Source of the DNA: Candidatus Sumerlaeia bacterium
GTDB taxonomy: Bacteria; Sumerlaeota; Sumerlaeia; SLMS01; JANRJK01
Direction of reading: 5' to 3'
NCBI GenBank assembly: GCA_033764015.1
Contig: JANRJK010000017.1
Span: 1-64,000, forward strand
DNA: 64,000 nt
Shown here: piece after piece, positions 31,594 to 41,294 of the stretch
Numbering within the stretch: the first letter of the stretch is position 1
How the letters are laid out: every line of letters starts with the position of its first letter
Program-made: the position numbers and the translations under genes
The notes under the pieces: generated by a model
Told to the model about the DNA's origin: nothing
Seen by the model: only the letters and a program-made list of their open reading frames with translations
Database searches by the model: none

Positions 31594-32058
31594 TTGGGCG
31601 GCTACCCGAAGCGGTTGGACAAGGACGGGCGGAGCCACTTCGCCAAGCGGATCGCCGGGCTGCGCGCCGAAAGCGCCGGGCAGTGGGGCTCGCTCACCTG
31701 CGCGGGGATGCTCGCGCACCTCGAAGTCGCCTTCCGCGGCACGATCCAGGACGGGGCGGTGCAGACGCGCGCCCGCGGCAACTGGCTGACGCGGAACGTG
31801 ATGAAGCCGCTCCTTCTCCACCTGCTCCCGATGCCGAAGGGCGTCAAGATGCCGAAGGCCCTCACACCCGAGCCCAACGCCTCCTTCGACGAGCTCCGCG
31901 AGCAGGTCCTCGCGCTGCTCGACGAGTTCATCGCCGCAGTCGAACGCGATCCGCGGCGCAAAGTGGCGCATCCGCTCTTCGGCCCCATGACGATGCGCGA
32001 GTGGTCCTACCTCCATGCGAAGCACTTGGACCACCACCTGCGGCAGTTCGGGGCCTGA
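31594..32058 (+). CDS. DUF1569/DinB-superfamily protein
   Basis: Probable TTG start after GGAG; QWGSL...[26 protein letters not shown]. Confidence 0.8.
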   Translation: MGGYPKRLDKDGRSHFAKRIAGLRAESAGQWGSLTCAGMLAHLEVAFRGTIQDGAVQTRARGNWLTRNVMKPLLLHLLPMPKGVKMPKALTPEPNASFDELREQVLALLDEFIAAVERDPRRKVAHPLFGPMTMREWSYLHAKHLDHHLRQFGA

Positions 32059-32099
32059 TCCCGACCCGTCCGGCCCGGACATTGCTCCCCCGGACTGGC

Positions 32100-32255
32100 A
32101 TGAAGAAACAAGACCTCCCCGCCAAAGTCTGCGCCGTCTGCGGCCGTCCATTCGCCTGGCGCCGCAAATGGAAGAAGGACTGGAACCAGGTGAAGTACTG
32201 TTCGGACCGCTGCCGCGCGGCCTCCAAGCGCGGTCGGGCCGGGGATTCGGCATGA
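32100..32255 (+). CDS. DUF2256 domain small Cys-rich protein
   Basis: [24 protein letters not shown]...[10 protein letters not shown]. Confidence 0.88.
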   Translation: MKKQDLPAKVCAVCGRPFAWRRKWKKDWNQVKYCSDRCRAASKRGRAGDSA

Positions 32256-33238
32256 AGCCCTACGACGCCCTCATCGTCGGCGCGGGAATCGCCGGCCTGT
32301 GCTGCGCCCGCGAAGCGGTGTCCGCCGGCTTGGACGTCCTGCTCGTGGACAAGGGTCGCTCGCCCGGCGGCAGGATGGCGACGCGGCACTACGAACGCCA
32401 TGTCTTCGACCACGGCACCCAGTTCTTCACCGTGCGGCACCAGCGTTTCGGAGCCTTCGTGGAACGATGGCGGGATTGCGGCCTCGCGGCGGAGTGGTCC
32501 CGCGGATTCCCCGGAACCCGCGACGGTATCCACGGCGCCCACCCCCGGTTCCGACCGGTGGACGGAATGGCCTCGCTGGCGGCGGACATGGCGCTCGACC
32601 TCGACATCCACCAGAGCACCTTCGCGACCCAGGTGGTTTGGACGGGCGACCGCTGGCGAGTGGATACGGAATCAGGCTCCTTGGAATCGCGCGCCGTCGT
32701 CCTGACGCCGCCGCCGCCGCAGTCGCTGGGCCTTCTGGCGGCGCTCCGCGGCGATGAGTGGGCCGCGCTGCGGCCGAAGCTCGCGGCCATCGAATACCGC
32801 CCGTGCATCGCGGCGCTCGTCGAGCTTTCCAAGCCCTCCTTGGTCCCCGATCCAGGCGGCTACTACCCGCCCCCGGGCTCCCCGATCGATTGGATCGCCG
32901 ACAACCACAAGAAGGGCGTATCGCCGGGGCACGCGGTCACCATCCATGCGACGGAGGCGTTCAGCCGCGAGCATCTCGAGGATGATCCCGCGGACGCCGC
33001 GCAGCTCCTGGTGCAGGCCGCCGCGGAGCTGCTCGGCTCCGAGCCGGTCCGCGTTTCGGGGCACCGCTGGCGCTACTCGCAGCCGATGAATCCGCACCCC
33101 GGGCCAATGGCGGCGATCCGCGCGCCGGGGCCGCTGGCCTTCGCGGGCGACTCCTTCGGCAAGCCCCGCCTCGAAGGCGCCGCGCTCTCGGGGTTCGCGG
33201 CGGGGGACTGGTTGCGCGCGGTCATCGGCGGCAACTAG
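32252..33238 (+). CDS. FAD-dependent oxidoreductase (renalase-like)
   Basis: ATGA overlap; [44 protein letters not shown]. Confidence 0.88.
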   Translation: MKPYDALIVGAGIAGLCCAREAVSAGLDVLLVDKGRSPGGRMATRHYERHVFDHGTQFFTVRHQRFGAFVERWRDCGLAAEWSRGFPGTRDGIHGAHPRFRPVDGMASLAADMALDLDIHQSTFATQVVWTGDRWRVDTESGSLESRAVVLTPPPPQSLGLLAALRGDEWAALRPKLAAIEYRPCIAALVELSKPSLVPDPGGYYPPPGSPIDWIADNHKKGVSPGHAVTIHATEAFSREHLEDDPADAAQLLVQAAAELLGSEPVRVSGHRWRYSQPMNPHPGPMAAIRAPGPLAFAGDSFGKPRLEGAALSGFAAGDWLRAVIGGN

Positions 33239-33270
33239 CCTCCCGCATCCCAGACCAACGGAGCCGCACC

Positions 33271-33717
33271 GTGCCCGTCGAGGCGCTCGCACTCCTGAAC
33301 GCCGCCCTCGCCCTGTCCATGACCGGCCTCATCTGGTTCGTGCAGGTCGTCCACTACCCCCTCTTCCTGAACGTGGCCGACGCGCAATGGCCCGCCTACC
33401 ACGACGCGCACACGCGCCGCACCACGTGGGTGGTCGCCGCTCCGATGGTGGGCGAACTGGCGGCGTCGCTGCTTCTGGCGTGGATGGTGTGGGACGGGCC
33501 GCTCCGCTGGCTGGGGGCGGGATCCGCCGCCTGCGCGGTGTTGCTCTGGGCGGCGACATTCCTGGTGCAGGTCCCGATCCACGAGCTGCTCGCGCAGGCG
33601 CCGCACCGCCCCTCGATGCGCCTACTCGTCGAAAGCAACTGGGTCCGCACCGCGCTTTGGACCGTGCGCTCCGCGCTGTCGCTCGCGATCGTGTGGAAGC
33701 TCCTAGGCGCCGCGTAG
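33271..33717 (+). CDS. Conserved hypothetical membrane protein
   Basis: Four hydrophobic segments; MTGLIWFVQVVHYP, QVPIH, NWVRT motifs. Confidence 0.75.
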   Translation: MPVEALALLNAALALSMTGLIWFVQVVHYPLFLNVADAQWPAYHDAHTRRTTWVVAAPMVGELAASLLLAWMVWDGPLRWLGAGSAACAVLLWAATFLVQVPIHELLAQAPHRPSMRLLVESNWVRTALWTVRSALSLAIVWKLLGAA

Positions 33718-33727
33718 CCGGGCCGCG

Positions 33728-34939
33728 CTACTCCGCCCCGGGACGCGTCGCCACGAGGCCGTTCTCCGAAGCCCACTGCGCGAGGTCGCGCCGCCCGATC
33801 GCGGCGGCCATCAGGTCGGGGAACTTGTCCGGTGTGCAGGCGAAGCTCGGCGCGCCCAGCGCGGCGAGCTTCGCCGCCAGCTCCGCGTCGTAGGACGGGT
33901 GGCCGCTGTCGCTCAGCGCGAGCAGCACCACCACCTGGACTCCCGATGCCAGCAGGTTCGCCACGCGCGCGACCAGCTGCTCCTCGACGCCGCCCTCGAA
34001 CAGGTCGCTGATGAGCACCAGGATCGTCTCCTGGGGCGCGCGGATGCGGCTCTGGCAGTAGGCCATCGCGCCGTTGATGTCCGTGCCGCCGCCGAGCTGC
34101 ACGCCGAAGAGCACGTCCACCGGATCTTCCAGTTCGTCCGTCAGGTCCACCACCGCCGTGTCGAACACGACCAGGCGCGTCGAGACCGCGGGGAGCGAGG
34201 CCATGACCGCGCCGAAAATGCTGGAGTAGACGATCGACTCCGCCATGGAGCCGCTCTGGTCGACGCAGAGGATGATGTCGCGCATTTTGCGCCGCTGCCG
34301 CCGTCCGTAGCCGACCAGCCGCTCGGGGATGATGGTGCCGTGCTCCGCCTGCCAGTGCTTGAGGTTCACCCGGATCGTCCGGTTCCAGTCGATCTCGCTG
34401 TGCCGCGGACGGTTGATGCGCGCGCTGCGGTTGAGCGCTCCCGAAACCGCCGCCCGCATCGGTGTCTCGAGCCGGCGCATCAGCTCCTCGACCACCTTGC
34501 GCACGACGCGGCGCGCGGTCTCGCGGGTGCGGGCGGGGATCACCGAACTCAACGACATGATCGTCGCGACCAGCCCCACGTCCGCCTCGACGGACTCGAG
34601 GAACTCTGGTTCGAGGAGCATGCGCTGCAGGCCGAGCCGCTCGAGCGCGTCCTTCTGGATCACGCGCACGACATCGGTGCGGAAGTAGTTGCGGATGTCG
34701 CCGAGCCAGCGGGCGACGTTCGGCGCGGAGCCGCCGAGGCCCGCGCTGCGCTTGCCGGATGCGGCGCCCGCGCTGCGCTTGCCGGATGAGGCGCCCGTGC
34801 CTGGCTGGTCGTAAAGCGCCGCGAGCGCCGCCTCCATCGCCGCGTCCGCGCCCGCGAGGGAGTGGCCGGTGCCATCGGCCTCGCCGCCGCCCAGCACCAT
34901 CCGCCAGCGCGCGGCGCGTTCTTCCGGAGTGATGCTCAC
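33728..34939 (-). CDS. vWA domain-containing protein (YehP-like)
   Basis: GTGA overlap with the upstream gene; RWRMVLG, RWLGDIR.YF, MIDAS motif DQSGSM, GGGTDI, ISDLFEG. Confidence 0.88.
   Translation of the reverse strand: MSITPEERAARWRMVLGGGEADGTGHSLAGADAAMEAALAALYDQPGTGASSGKRSAGAASGKRSAGLGGSAPNVARWLGDIRNYFRTDVVRVIQKDALERLGLQRMLLEPEFLESVEADVGLVATIMSLSSVIPARTRETARRVVRKVVEELMRRLETPMRAAVSGALNRSARINRPRHSEIDWNRTIRVNLKHWQAEHGTIIPERLVGYGRRQRRKMRDIILCVDQSGSMAESIVYSSIFGAVMASLPAVSTRLVVFDTAVVDLTDELEDPVDVLFGVQLGGGTDINGAMAYCQSRIRAPQETILVLISDLFEGGVEEQLVARVANLLASGVQVVVLLALSDSGHPSYDAELAAKLAALGAPSFACTPDKFPDLMAAAIGRRDLAQWASENGLVATRPGAE
34740..34793. repeat. 27-bp in-frame tandem duplication inside the vWA gene
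   Basis: CCCGCGCTGCGCTTGCCGGATG(C/A)GGCG twice, encoding ASSGKRSAG/AASGKRSAG. Confidence 0.85.
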
Positions 34940-37254
34940 GATGGCGCCTCCGCTCCGAGCAGCGCCGCCAGGAGAGGCAGGACCGCATCCGCGCGCTCCG
35001 CGTCGAAACCCTCCGCCGCGACCGCGGGCGAGGCCACCGCCGCCGTCCCCGACGGGCGGCGGACGCGCTCGCCCATCATGCGCCGCTCCGCCGCCTCGAA
35101 CCGCGAGAAAGTCCGCCGCAGCACCGGCAGCACGTCGATGAACGCCTCCCGCGGAAGCCCGCAAAGCCAACCGTCGACGATGCCCCAAAGCACGTCCGAA
35201 TGGACCAGCAGCATGCCGCTCCCCCCGAGGAATCCTTCGACCCACGCCCCCGCCGCCGCCGCATCGCAGGAGCGCGACAGCGCGAGGCCGAACTGCACCG
35301 CGGCCTCGTCCGCCGCGAGCGCGCCGCCATCGAGCAGCAGCCGGCAGGCGCGCCCCGCAACCAACCCGTGCGGCGGCGTCCCGCCGAGGAGCCCCGCCAG
35401 CGCGCGCCGCCACTCACCGAGGAGCGCGGCGCGCTCGAGCAGCCCAATCGCCGCATCCACCGCGGTGAACCGCGCGGCCATCGCCCCGGCCGCCTCGTCG
35501 TCCAGCGCCACGCAGGCGGCCTTGAGCCCGATGCACGCGCGCGCCGCCATCGACTCGAAGACGCGCAGGATGCCGCCGGGGTCGGTGCCCCGCACATCGC
35601 CGTAGCGGCACGCCCTCGCCAGCGGGGGCAGCGCGTCCAGCAGTTGCACCGCGTCCCCCGACACCGCGGCGAGCGCGCCGAGGCGCTCCATCACCGCCGC
35701 GACCGCGTCGGGCAGCTCGGCCGGCAGCACCGCCAGCGCCAGCGTCGCCAGCTCCGCGATCCGCTTCGTCTCCCGCGCGAGCTTCACAGCGCGGGCGCCG
35801 GCCGCGTTCTCGACCGTGTTGCCATGGACCGACGCCGCGACGACGGACACCGCGAGCTCCGGCAGCCACTGCAGCCGCCACGACTCGCGGAACGTCCCGC
35901 GGCCGCCGGCCTCCCGCATCGCCCCCCAATGGACATCGAGCAGCAGCAACCGGTGCAGCAGCCGGCTCCGCTCGAGGTCGGTCGCATTGCGCAGATCGAG
36001 GTCGACGTCCTTGTGGTCCGCCGTCGGCTTCAGGCGCAGGCGCTTCTGCTGGCGCTCGAGGTCGGCGCGGAGCGGCGGCGCCGGCACGCCTTCCGGCACC
36101 TCGCCCAGCGCGACGCCCACCACGAGGGTCTTCCGGATGAGCGCGAGCGGCGCGGGCTCTCCGAACAGCATCACGGACACGGCCGCCTCGTCCATCTCGC
36201 GAAGTCCCGGGGCGTGGACCCCGCGCACGGCGCAGAGCGCGTCCACCAGCCGCACGGCCTCGATCAAGTGCCCGGGCGAGACGTCGAAGTCGCGCTCGCG
36301 CAGCACGGCGGCGACGCGCGCGAGCCAGCGCGCCGGCAGCCCGCCGCCGCCCTCCGCGCCCGAATTGCGCCAGAGGAACTCGTACCAGCCGGGGGACTCC
36401 ACACCCGCCGCATAGCCGCTGCCGCTCGCAAGCCGCTCGTAGGTCCAGGGGGCCCAGGTCGCCTCGGTCTTGATCTTCGGAAGCCCCCGTAGCAGCCCCG
36501 CGTCCTCCTTCGCCGCGGGCATCGCGGCGAGCGCCGGGGCGTGCCACGCGCCGCACACCACCGCGATGCGCTCGAAGCCCTCCTTGCGCGCCTCGCGGAT
36601 CTCCGAGCGCATCCACGCCTCGCGGAGCAGGTCGCGCTCGTCGGCGCCGACCTCCGCCCGCACCGCGGCCATCGCCTCGGCGACCGCCTCGAACACGCCG
36701 TCGCGCCCTGAGCGCTGCTCGACGAGCTGCTCCCACCAGCGCTCGGGATCGTCGCTCCCCGCCGCCCTCGCGAGCAGCGCCAGCGGGTCGCGCCGCCACT
36801 CCGGCGGAAGCTCCTCGTCCTGCTCGGGTCCGGCCTCCCCGGGTACGGCGCTGTCGTCCGCTTCCACCGCATCGTCCGGCTCCGCGGCGGCGGCGGCGGC
36901 CTCTTCAAGCTGCTTGCGGAGGGCGAGCCAATGGCGTTGAGGCAGGTCGATGAAGCGGGCCGGGACTCCCGCCGCCGCGGCGTGCCGGAGCGCCTGCCAC
37001 TCCGGGGAGAACTCGGCGAAGGGGTAGAACGCCCCGCGGCTTGGCTCCTCGGGGTCGTAGACCATCAGCGCCACCGGGGGCTTCATCGCGGGGTCGGCGG
37101 CGAGCGCGGCGAGGTGCGTCGCGTCCCCGGGTCCTTCCACCAGCACGCAGTCGGGGCGCAGCTCCTCCAGGGCGCGCAGGAGGCTGCGCGCCGATCCCGG
37201 CCCGTGGTGCCGGATGCCGAAGACGGCGACCCGCTGGTCCATGGCGGAGGTCAT
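34936..37254 (-). CDS. DUF5682 family protein (YehM-like)
   Basis: FGIRHHGPGSAR, VLVEGP, YPFAEFSPEW.A, VCGAWHAPAL, SGYAAGV.SPGWY, GTFRE.W, RYGDVR. Confidence 0.85.
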   Translation of the reverse strand: MTSAMDQRVAVFGIRHHGPGSARSLLRALEELRPDCVLVEGPGDATHLAALAADPAMKPPVALMVYDPEEPSRGAFYPFAEFSPEWQALRHAAAAGVPARFIDLPQRHWLALRKQLEEAAAAAAEPDDAVEADDSAVPGEAGPEQDEELPPEWRRDPLALLARAAGSDDPERWWEQLVEQRSGRDGVFEAVAEAMAAVRAEVGADERDLLREAWMRSEIREARKEGFERIAVVCGAWHAPALAAMPAAKEDAGLLRGLPKIKTEATWAPWTYERLASGSGYAAGVESPGWYEFLWRNSGAEGGGGLPARWLARVAAVLRERDFDVSPGHLIEAVRLVDALCAVRGVHAPGLREMDEAAVSVMLFGEPAPLALIRKTLVVGVALGEVPEGVPAPPLRADLERQQKRLRLKPTADHKDVDLDLRNATDLERSRLLHRLLLLDVHWGAMREAGGRGTFRESWRLQWLPELAVSVVAASVHGNTVENAAGARAVKLARETKRIAELATLALAVLPAELPDAVAAVMERLGALAAVSGDAVQLLDALPPLARACRYGDVRGTDPGGILRVFESMAARACIGLKAACVALDDEAAGAMAARFTAVDAAIGLLERAALLGEWRRALAGLLGGTPPHGLVAGRACRLLLDGGALAADEAAVQFGLALSRSCDAAAAGAWVEGFLGGSGMLLVHSDVLWGIVDGWLCGLPREAFIDVLPVLRRTFSRFEAAERRMMGERVRRPSGTAAVASPAVAAEGFDAERADAVLPLLAALLGAEAPS

Positions 37255-37264
37255 CGCGGCGCGC

Positions 37265-38344
37265 TCAGCAGACCTCGCGGCACGCGCGGTAGAGGTCCTT
37301 CCAGCCGTCGCGCTCCTTCGCCACCGTCTCGAGGTACTCCCGGAAGACCAACGAGTCCTGCACGGGGTCCTTGACGATGGCGCCGACGATCCCGGCGGCG
37401 AGGTCCGACGCCGTCAGCACGCCGTCGCCGAAGTGCGCTGCGAGCGCCATCCCGCTCGTCACCACGGAGATCGCCTCCGCGGTGCTCATGCTGCCGCTCG
37501 GCGACTTCAGCTTCGCCTTGCCGTCGAGCGTCAGCCCGTCGCGCAGCTCGCGGAAGATCGCGACGACGCGGCGGATCTCCTCGAGGGCGGGGCGCTCCGC
37601 GGGGATCTCGAGGGCGCGCCCCAGCGCCGCCACGCGCCGCTCGACGATGTCGACCTCCTCCTCGATCGTCGCCGGCGTCGGAAGCACCACCGTGTTGAAG
37701 CGCCGCTTCAGCGCGCTCGACATCTCGTTCACGCCCTTGTCGCGGTTGTTCGCCGTGGCGATCACGTTGAAGCCCTTGCGCGCCTGCGTCTCCGTTCCCA
37801 GCTCCGGGATCGGCAGCGTCTTCTCCGAGAGGATCGTGATCAGCGTGTCCTGGACGTCGGCGGGCACGCGGGTCAGCTCCTCCACGCGCGCGATCTTCCC
37901 CAGTTCCATCGCGTGCATCATGGGGCTCGGCACCAGCGCCTCGCGCGAGGGGCCCTTCGCGAGCAACTGCGCGTAGTTCCACCCGTAGCGGATCGACTCC
38001 TCGCTGGTGCCCGCGGTGCCCTGCACCAGCATCGTCGAGTCGCCGGAGACCGCCGCGGCGAGATGCTCCGATACCCACGACTTCGCCGTTCCGGGCACCC
38101 CGTACAGCAGCAGCGCCCGGTCCGTCGCGAGCGTCGAGACCGCGATCTCGATCAGGCGGCGGTTGCCGATGTACTTCGGCGCGACCTCGAAACCGTTATC
38201 GAGCTTCCCACCAAGCAGGTACGTCGCGACCGCCCACGGCGACAGCTTCCAGTTCGGCGGACGCGTCCGGGTGTCGGCTTCGCCGAGGGCGGCGAGCTCC
38301 TCGGCGAACTGCTGCTCGGCGTGATCGCGCATGACCATGCTCAT
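37265..38344 (-). CDS. MoxR-like AAA+ ATPase (YehL subfamily)
   Basis: GVPGTAKSWVSEHL Walker A variant, YGWNYA, RVEELTR Walker B variant, ATAN.RDKGVNEMSSALKRRFN. Confidence 0.9.
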   Translation of the reverse strand: MSMVMRDHAEQQFAEELAALGEADTRTRPPNWKLSPWAVATYLLGGKLDNGFEVAPKYIGNRRLIEIAVSTLATDRALLLYGVPGTAKSWVSEHLAAAVSGDSTMLVQGTAGTSEESIRYGWNYAQLLAKGPSREALVPSPMMHAMELGKIARVEELTRVPADVQDTLITILSEKTLPIPELGTETQARKGFNVIATANNRDKGVNEMSSALKRRFNTVVLPTPATIEEEVDIVERRVAALGRALEIPAERPALEEIRRVVAIFRELRDGLTLDGKAKLKSPSGSMSTAEAISVVTSGMALAAHFGDGVLTASDLAAGIVGAIVKDPVQDSLVFREYLETVAKERDGWKDLYRACREVC

Positions 38345-39861
38345 GGCTTCGCCTCCTCATGGATTCGGTACCTCAATTCGTAGTGCCGCAGGACTCTGTC
38401 GATCTCCGCCGCGGAGTGGTCGGAGGGGGGATCCGCTTCCTTCCACCGCGCCAAGAACTCCGGGTAGAGCGAAGGCGCGCCAAACCAGCACAGGTCATAG
38501 AGAAGCCGCATGGCGCGCGAAGAGCGGCCGATGTCCCTGCACTTGGCCACCACCGCCGCCTCGACCGCCCGCGACAGCTCCAAAGGATAGCTTCGCAGCG
38601 CGGCGAACGAAGGAAGCAGATCGAGCGCCTGGATCAGCTCCCCCTTCCCCAGCAGGTCGATCGTCCGCCGCAGTCGCTCCGCCTCCGGCAGCGCGGCGGC
38701 GGCGCCCCGGAGCCGCGCCCGGTAGCCTCCGAGGGGCTCTTCGCCGGGCATGTCGCTCGTTGTTCCGGATTCGGCCAACTCAAGGTAGGCGCGCGCCCAC
38801 TCGACGTTCTGCTGGGCCTGCAGCGCGTCGAGCCATCCATTGTCGAGCTGGGCCGCCCACTCGCTGCCGCGCACGGCGGCGATCAGCTCGCGCGGCGACA
38901 TCCCCGTCGCGTCGGTCCACGCCTCCAAGGATGCCTTGGTGGCGATCTCGGTCAGCAGACGGCCACGGGCGCCCGGCACGACCCCGCCGCCCTTGACCGC
39001 TGGGAGCTCCAGGCAATCCCGCTTCCCCGCGGCGTCCAGCTCCTTCGGCGGTTCGATGCCCAATCCCCCGTCTTGTCCCGCGCCGGGCCGTAGCACCCCG
39101 CGGGCGCGCTCGTTCATCCGCGCGATGAACGCGGAGCCCCGCAGCTGCGCCAACAGCAGCGAGGCCTCCTTGGCGACGTCCTTGCTCCGGTCGTCGAGGC
39201 ACGCTTCGAGGAACGCCTCGTCCCCGGGGCCAAGCCCCTCCTGAAGCTCCCGCACGAATAGGCTCCGCGTCTTGGCGTGCTCGCCCTTCCAGCCCGCCTC
39301 GACCACGGCGCGCGCCTTGGCGGGGTCCGTGGCGCGCATGATGCGGAGGTGCCCGGCGCGTTCCTGGGGACTTCCCTCCCAGTGGTCGGGATCCACCACG
39401 GGTGCGACAACGGCGCGCCACTCCGGGCGCATGAGCCCGAGCGCCAGCCCGCGTTTGCCGAGCACCGGCAGGATCAACCCCCTCATCCCGGGCTCCTTCG
39501 CCGCGTGGTCCAATAGCGCCGGCGCAGCTTCCGCCGGGACGATCAGCCCGCGGGAGGCCAGCACCCTCATCGCTTCCTCAAGGATCCCGGGGTAGTCCTC
39601 CCAGAGGCGCGCGGCGGGCGGGCGGACCGTCGGGAGGTCCTCCGGTTCCGTTGCGAAAGGGGGCGGCACATCGGGGGCGGCTGCTGCGCGCCGCCCCGCG
39701 GCCCTCCAGGTCCCCAACAGCCCCGCGCATGCCGCCAGCGCATCCGCGGGCGCAGACGCCTTCAACGCCGCCGCCATCCCGGCGGGGAGCGCCGGCGGAG
39801 TGAACGGCTGCCGCTCCGTTCCCACCAGCGCCGCGCGCACCGTCTCGTTCCAAGCGTCCAT
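38341..39861 (-). CDS. DUF5691 domain-containing protein
   Basis: MDAWNETVRAALVGTER start; LG.RG..L, DE.FLE.CLDDRSK.V...A..LL motifs; ATGA overlap with the ATPase gene. Confidence 0.75.
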   Translation of the reverse strand: MDAWNETVRAALVGTERQPFTPPALPAGMAAALKASAPADALAACAGLLGTWRAAGRRAAAAPDVPPPFATEPEDLPTVRPPAARLWEDYPGILEEAMRVLASRGLIVPAEAAPALLDHAAKEPGMRGLILPVLGKRGLALGLMRPEWRAVVAPVVDPDHWEGSPQERAGHLRIMRATDPAKARAVVEAGWKGEHAKTRSLFVRELQEGLGPGDEAFLEACLDDRSKDVAKEASLLLAQLRGSAFIARMNERARGVLRPGAGQDGGLGIEPPKELDAAGKRDCLELPAVKGGGVVPGARGRLLTEIATKASLEAWTDATGMSPRELIAAVRGSEWAAQLDNGWLDALQAQQNVEWARAYLELAESGTTSDMPGEEPLGGYRARLRGAAAALPEAERLRRTIDLLGKGELIQALDLLPSFAALRSYPLELSRAVEAAVVAKCRDIGRSSRAMRLLYDLCWFGAPSLYPEFLARWKEADPPSDHSAAEIDRVLRHYELRYRIHEEAKP

Positions 39862-39865
39862 CGCG

Positions 39866-41194
39866 TCAGACCCCGACGGGGAAGTGGCGCCCGCCCGCGT
39901 CCAGCGCGAGCAGCCGCAGCGTCGATTCGTCCCACTCCCCGAAAACGGTGGCGGGGTGGCCGCCGGTGAAGGCGAACGCCCGCCAAAGCTCGGCGTCGCG
40001 CCCCCGGACCGGCAGGCAGCGCCCGGCGGAGTCCACCACCAGGAACCGCCCATTGTGCACCGCCAGGCGGGTGTCGCGCACCACCATCGGGAACAGCTCG
40101 ATCCACGGGTTCCTGCCCACCGCCGCGCCGTAGGCGGCGAGCCCCTCGTCAAGGCTTGCGAATCCCCCCGCCGGTCCGCGCCCGACCGCCGCTCCGCGCG
40201 ACTTCTCGATGGCGCGCAGGGGGGCGCCGGAAGGGTAGAACACCAACTCCGCTTCGTGCGCCTTCCCCGCGGGAAAGGCGTAGTCGAACGCGCCCTTGGG
40301 TCTCGCATAGGAGAGCACGAGCGCCATGCGTCCGCTCTCCAGCCCCGCCAGCCAAGTCCGCTGCACCCGTAGGCCGTCCCCGTCCTCTTCCGCATACTGC
40401 GCCCATGCGAACCAGCGGTCGCGGACGCCGGGGGCCGCCAGCAACTCCTCCTTCGATTGGGTGAACCCCACCTGTGCGCGGACGTCATCGCGGGTGTCGG
40501 GGGGCAGCGACTGGACCCTGCGCCACGCCCCGATCAGGAGGTGGATGCGCCCGACCTGCCGCACCGCGCGGTCCTCCCAACCCCCGCCGGACGCGCAATG
40601 CTCCGAGAGCAGCCTCGCCTGCCGCGCGAGCCCCGGGGCCTGCGCATCGACGAGGCGCGCCGCCATGCGCTGCCAGAACGCGGCGGGCTCCGCCTTCACC
40701 GCCGCCAGGCCCCGTCGCGCCAAGTCGCGCAGCCAAAGCTCCAGCTCGTCCACGCCGGCGGCGACGCGGGCCTCCCGCTGCTCCGCGCGCTTCGCCGCCG
40801 CAGCCGGATCGGCGGGCGCTTTCGGGCCCTCCTCGGCGCGCTCGGCCTTCTTCGCGGCCCGCCCGGCGCGCGCGTCGAGCCACTCCGCCACCCACGGCGG
40901 GGGCTCGCCGGCGGTGAAGGAGGACGGCGAGGACGCCCAAAGCAGCAGCGCACCGAGGCCGTGCTTGCACGGAAACTTTCGACTGGGGCAGGAGCACTTG
41001 AACGCGGGCTCCGACAGGTCCACGCGCACCTGGTACGGGGTCTTGCCGCTTCCCTGGCACTCCCCCCACAGCGCGCCGCCGCCCTCGCCGAGCGAGACCC
41101 ACTTGCGCGGCGAGGCAAGCTCCTTCCCCGCCGACGCCGCGGAGGCGTCGGGCGCGAGCGAGAGGACCTGCTCGACGGTGAACGACTGCCCCAT
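39866..41194 (-). CDS. SWIM zinc finger family protein
   Basis: LAPDASA, WGECQGSGK.PY, CSCPSRKFPCKH (CxC...CxH), RLVDAQAPGLA. Confidence 0.88.
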   Translation of the reverse strand: MGQSFTVEQVLSLAPDASAASAGKELASPRKWVSLGEGGGALWGECQGSGKTPYQVRVDLSEPAFKCSCPSRKFPCKHGLGALLLWASSPSSFTAGEPPPWVAEWLDARAGRAAKKAERAEEGPKAPADPAAAAKRAEQREARVAAGVDELELWLRDLARRGLAAVKAEPAAFWQRMAARLVDAQAPGLARQARLLSEHCASGGGWEDRAVRQVGRIHLLIGAWRRVQSLPPDTRDDVRAQVGFTQSKEELLAAPGVRDRWFAWAQYAEEDGDGLRVQRTWLAGLESGRMALVLSYARPKGAFDYAFPAGKAHEAELVFYPSGAPLRAIEKSRGAAVGRGPAGGFASLDEGLAAYGAAVGRNPWIELFPMVVRDTRLAVHNGRFLVVDSAGRCLPVRGRDAELWRAFAFTGGHPATVFGEWDESTLRLLALDAGGRHFPVGV

Positions 41195-41294
41195 GCCTGC
41201 TCTCCGAACAGGGATGCCGCCGCTTCAAGACTCGTGTGACATTTGAAATCCGGCCGGGACCGGGACCTTGGCGCGAGGGGAATCCGCGCCCCCG

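Noticed and set aside
30130..32058. 642-aa ORF overlapping the kinase gene
   Set aside because: Only the last ~154 codons look real (DUF1569); the rest is an off-frame overlap of the kinase gene.
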